Positions 61,900 to 64,000 of a stretch of 64,000 bases of DNA are shown one piece after another. The DNA lies in the NCBI GenBank assembly GCA_008632985.1, contig QPGO01000084.1, positions 62,001-126,000 on the forward strand, given 5' to 3'. The translations under genes were made by a program, and so were the position numbers. The notes beneath the pieces were generated by a model, which saw only the letters and a list, made by a program, of their open reading frames with translations, was not told where the DNA came from and searched no databases. This DNA comes from Psammoneis japonica (taxonomy: Eukaryota). How positions within the stretch are numbered: position 1 is the first letter of the stretch; each line of letters opens with the position of its first letter.

Positions 61900-64000
61900 A
61901 TGCCATGCAGTCAGGGCCAACCATTTCAACTCAACAACTCAACATGCAATGGTGCTCCAGTGGACCACAGTGCCAATGTGACGATGTTTGTGTCATTGCC
62001 CTTGTTGCTGCTCACAATGGGATTGACGACCACCAGCTGGTTGGCATTCCTGTTGTCACTGCCAGCGGTGTCATCCACCCTCAATGTGGACCTGTCATTG
62101 CCATCCTTCACCAGTGTGCTCACACTGGAAATGGCAAGACCATGCACTCTTGCTTCCAGCTCCAGGGGCACAAGCATGATGTCAATGACCAGCTGACCAA
62201 GGTCCCCAATGGCTTGCAGTGCATTGCTGCCATTGACAGCTGTGTCACCCCCATCAATGTCAAAGGCACCATTGACGGCTGCATCATTCCCATCAACATC
62301 GAAGGCCGAAGCCAAATGGGGAGCTTTTTTCCCCATGTCATTCTTGCTGGCAATGACACCTGAGACCCATCTGTCCTTGACTGCCAGCTCACCAACAATG
62401 AGAAATGGCATGATGCCATGTCCAACCTTCAAGCCAACCCAACCACCAACCTCTTTGACAAGTTTGGCAACTGTCATGATCACTGGCATGTTGTTGACAA
62501 TGCAGTGCTTGTGGACCCTGTCCTTGATGACCATGTCCTCCAATTTCTTCTGTGGGTGCCACAAGCACAAGATCAACCCCAAGGATCCCAACTGTGAATC
62601 CCTGTGCACCTGCTTGGGCTTTCCTCCTGAAGGATGCTCTTTGCCACACTTTTGATTGCACCACACAGCATGCTTGAATGCCTGCCAGTGCAAACCTGAA
62701 GAAGGTGTGCAAGTCACCCAAACCAGCTCTCAATGTGTCCACCAATGCAGTGAACCAGTTGCTGCTGACACTGTGTGCTCTGACACCCCTGCCATTGACT
62801 CTGGATGATGTGTCAGCACATGGCTCTTTGTTGGCACAGAGTCCCTTGTCGCTGATGTGTGAGGCACCAAGGCTGACAAGGGGTTCATCAACATGCTCAA
62901 AGGCAACATTCACAACCCTGGTGCTCTGTCCAAGCTCGTCAGTTGTTGTGCTCAGGTTGAGATCAGCAACAAGGTCCTTGACATCCTCTGAGCTCTCTTC
63001 ATGTTCAGCTGGCAAAGCAAGCCCACCTCACCAACAGCACCAGAATTTTGCTGAAAGCTGCTGCCAAACAGTGAAGAACATGGCCAACACCATTGTGGAT
63101 TGCTTTGAATCCCCGGACTGCACTTGGCTCCTTGCCCTCATGCACGTGTGCTTTGTGCTCAACTGCGGGGCTTCTGCCATGCTCTGCTGGCATGCCTCTG
63201 CCAAGGTGCTGTCTGGATCTACTCCCAAAGTCAGCCCCCTCCTCCATTTCAACAGTGGGAACCCTTGCACTGCCACCTGGACAATTCTGACTGGCCGTCT
63301 GAATGCTGCAAGTTGTGCTGTCACTTTGTTGGCACCGCCAAACATGTCAGCCATCAAATGACACCAAAGAGATTCTCTCTGACAACACTCAGAAGATGCT
63401 TTGCCACTCAAGTGTCCATTCTGCTGCTCGCAACCTGTGCTGTTGTCTGCTTGCAACCTGTTTCTTGATCCTCCTTGAAAAACATCTGCTGAACCCATCA
63501 TCAAATCTGACACCAACTCCAAGGATTCACCAGATTTGCCAGATGGGGAGGTGATCAGAATGCCCAAAATTCTGGTTTTTGACCCCAAGGACATCATTGG
63601 ATGCACCTTCCTCATGAAGCCACAAGAGGACAGACAGTGCTGCAGAGCCCACTTTGTCAAGGCCATTGAAAACCAAGACTGGACAAAAATTGGTGACAAC
63701 CAAGAACTCATCAATTTCATTTGCTCAGTCAACAACAAAAAGTGCACAAGGAAATCCTTGTCTGTGATGATGCCATGCACCACATGGAGCAAGAAGATGA
63801 GGATGCCACCATCCGCGGAAGTTCCAACACACCGGCTCACACAAAGGGTTGTTGAGACCTCACATGACCCCTCACTGAAAAGGCTCAAGCTGCCATGTCA
63901 TGCTTGAATGGGAGAGTGGGGAAATCACTTCTGAGCCTCTTGCCATCATCGCCAAAGATGACCATGCCACTTGTGCCATCTGCACATGCAAGTGCAGATT
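61900..64000 (+). mobile_element. Second, older copia pol remnant (protease-integrase region) related to the 49844 element; continues past the window
   Basis: GPVIAILHQCA, KSPKPALNV, HQQHQNFAE, FDPKDIIG and EWESGEITSEPLAIIAKDD, colinear with 52750-54830. Many stops and frameshifts; almost no TA, few CG. Confidence 0.9.

Overview
Eukaryotic genomic DNA, most likely from a diatom (inferred from the spliceosomal introns, CoDi-type Ty1/copia elements, RXL-motif proteins and MetH remnant). Intact-looking genes: a 3-exon mitochondrial-type pyruvate carboxylase, two tandem type-II membrane sulfotransferase-like genes, a FAD-dependent oxidoreductase, and a 2OG-Fe(II) oxygenase/F-box/SUMO-like fusion ORF. 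The rest is accessory DNA: a full-length copia element (276-bp LTRs, GCACT target-site duplication), a second decayed copia, two MITEs, a 7.07-kb tandem duplication, and gene fragments (nadB, metH, arrestin, EF-hand and others). The main signal is a regional, both-strand TpA->TpG/CpA (A:T->G:C) hypermutation of repeated DNA. It shows up between the two LTRs, independently in both copies of the tandem duplication, and as Tyr->Cys/His conversion in proteins. This resembles a RIP-like genome-defence process but with the opposite direction to fungal RIP. All counts were made by eye and should be recomputed.
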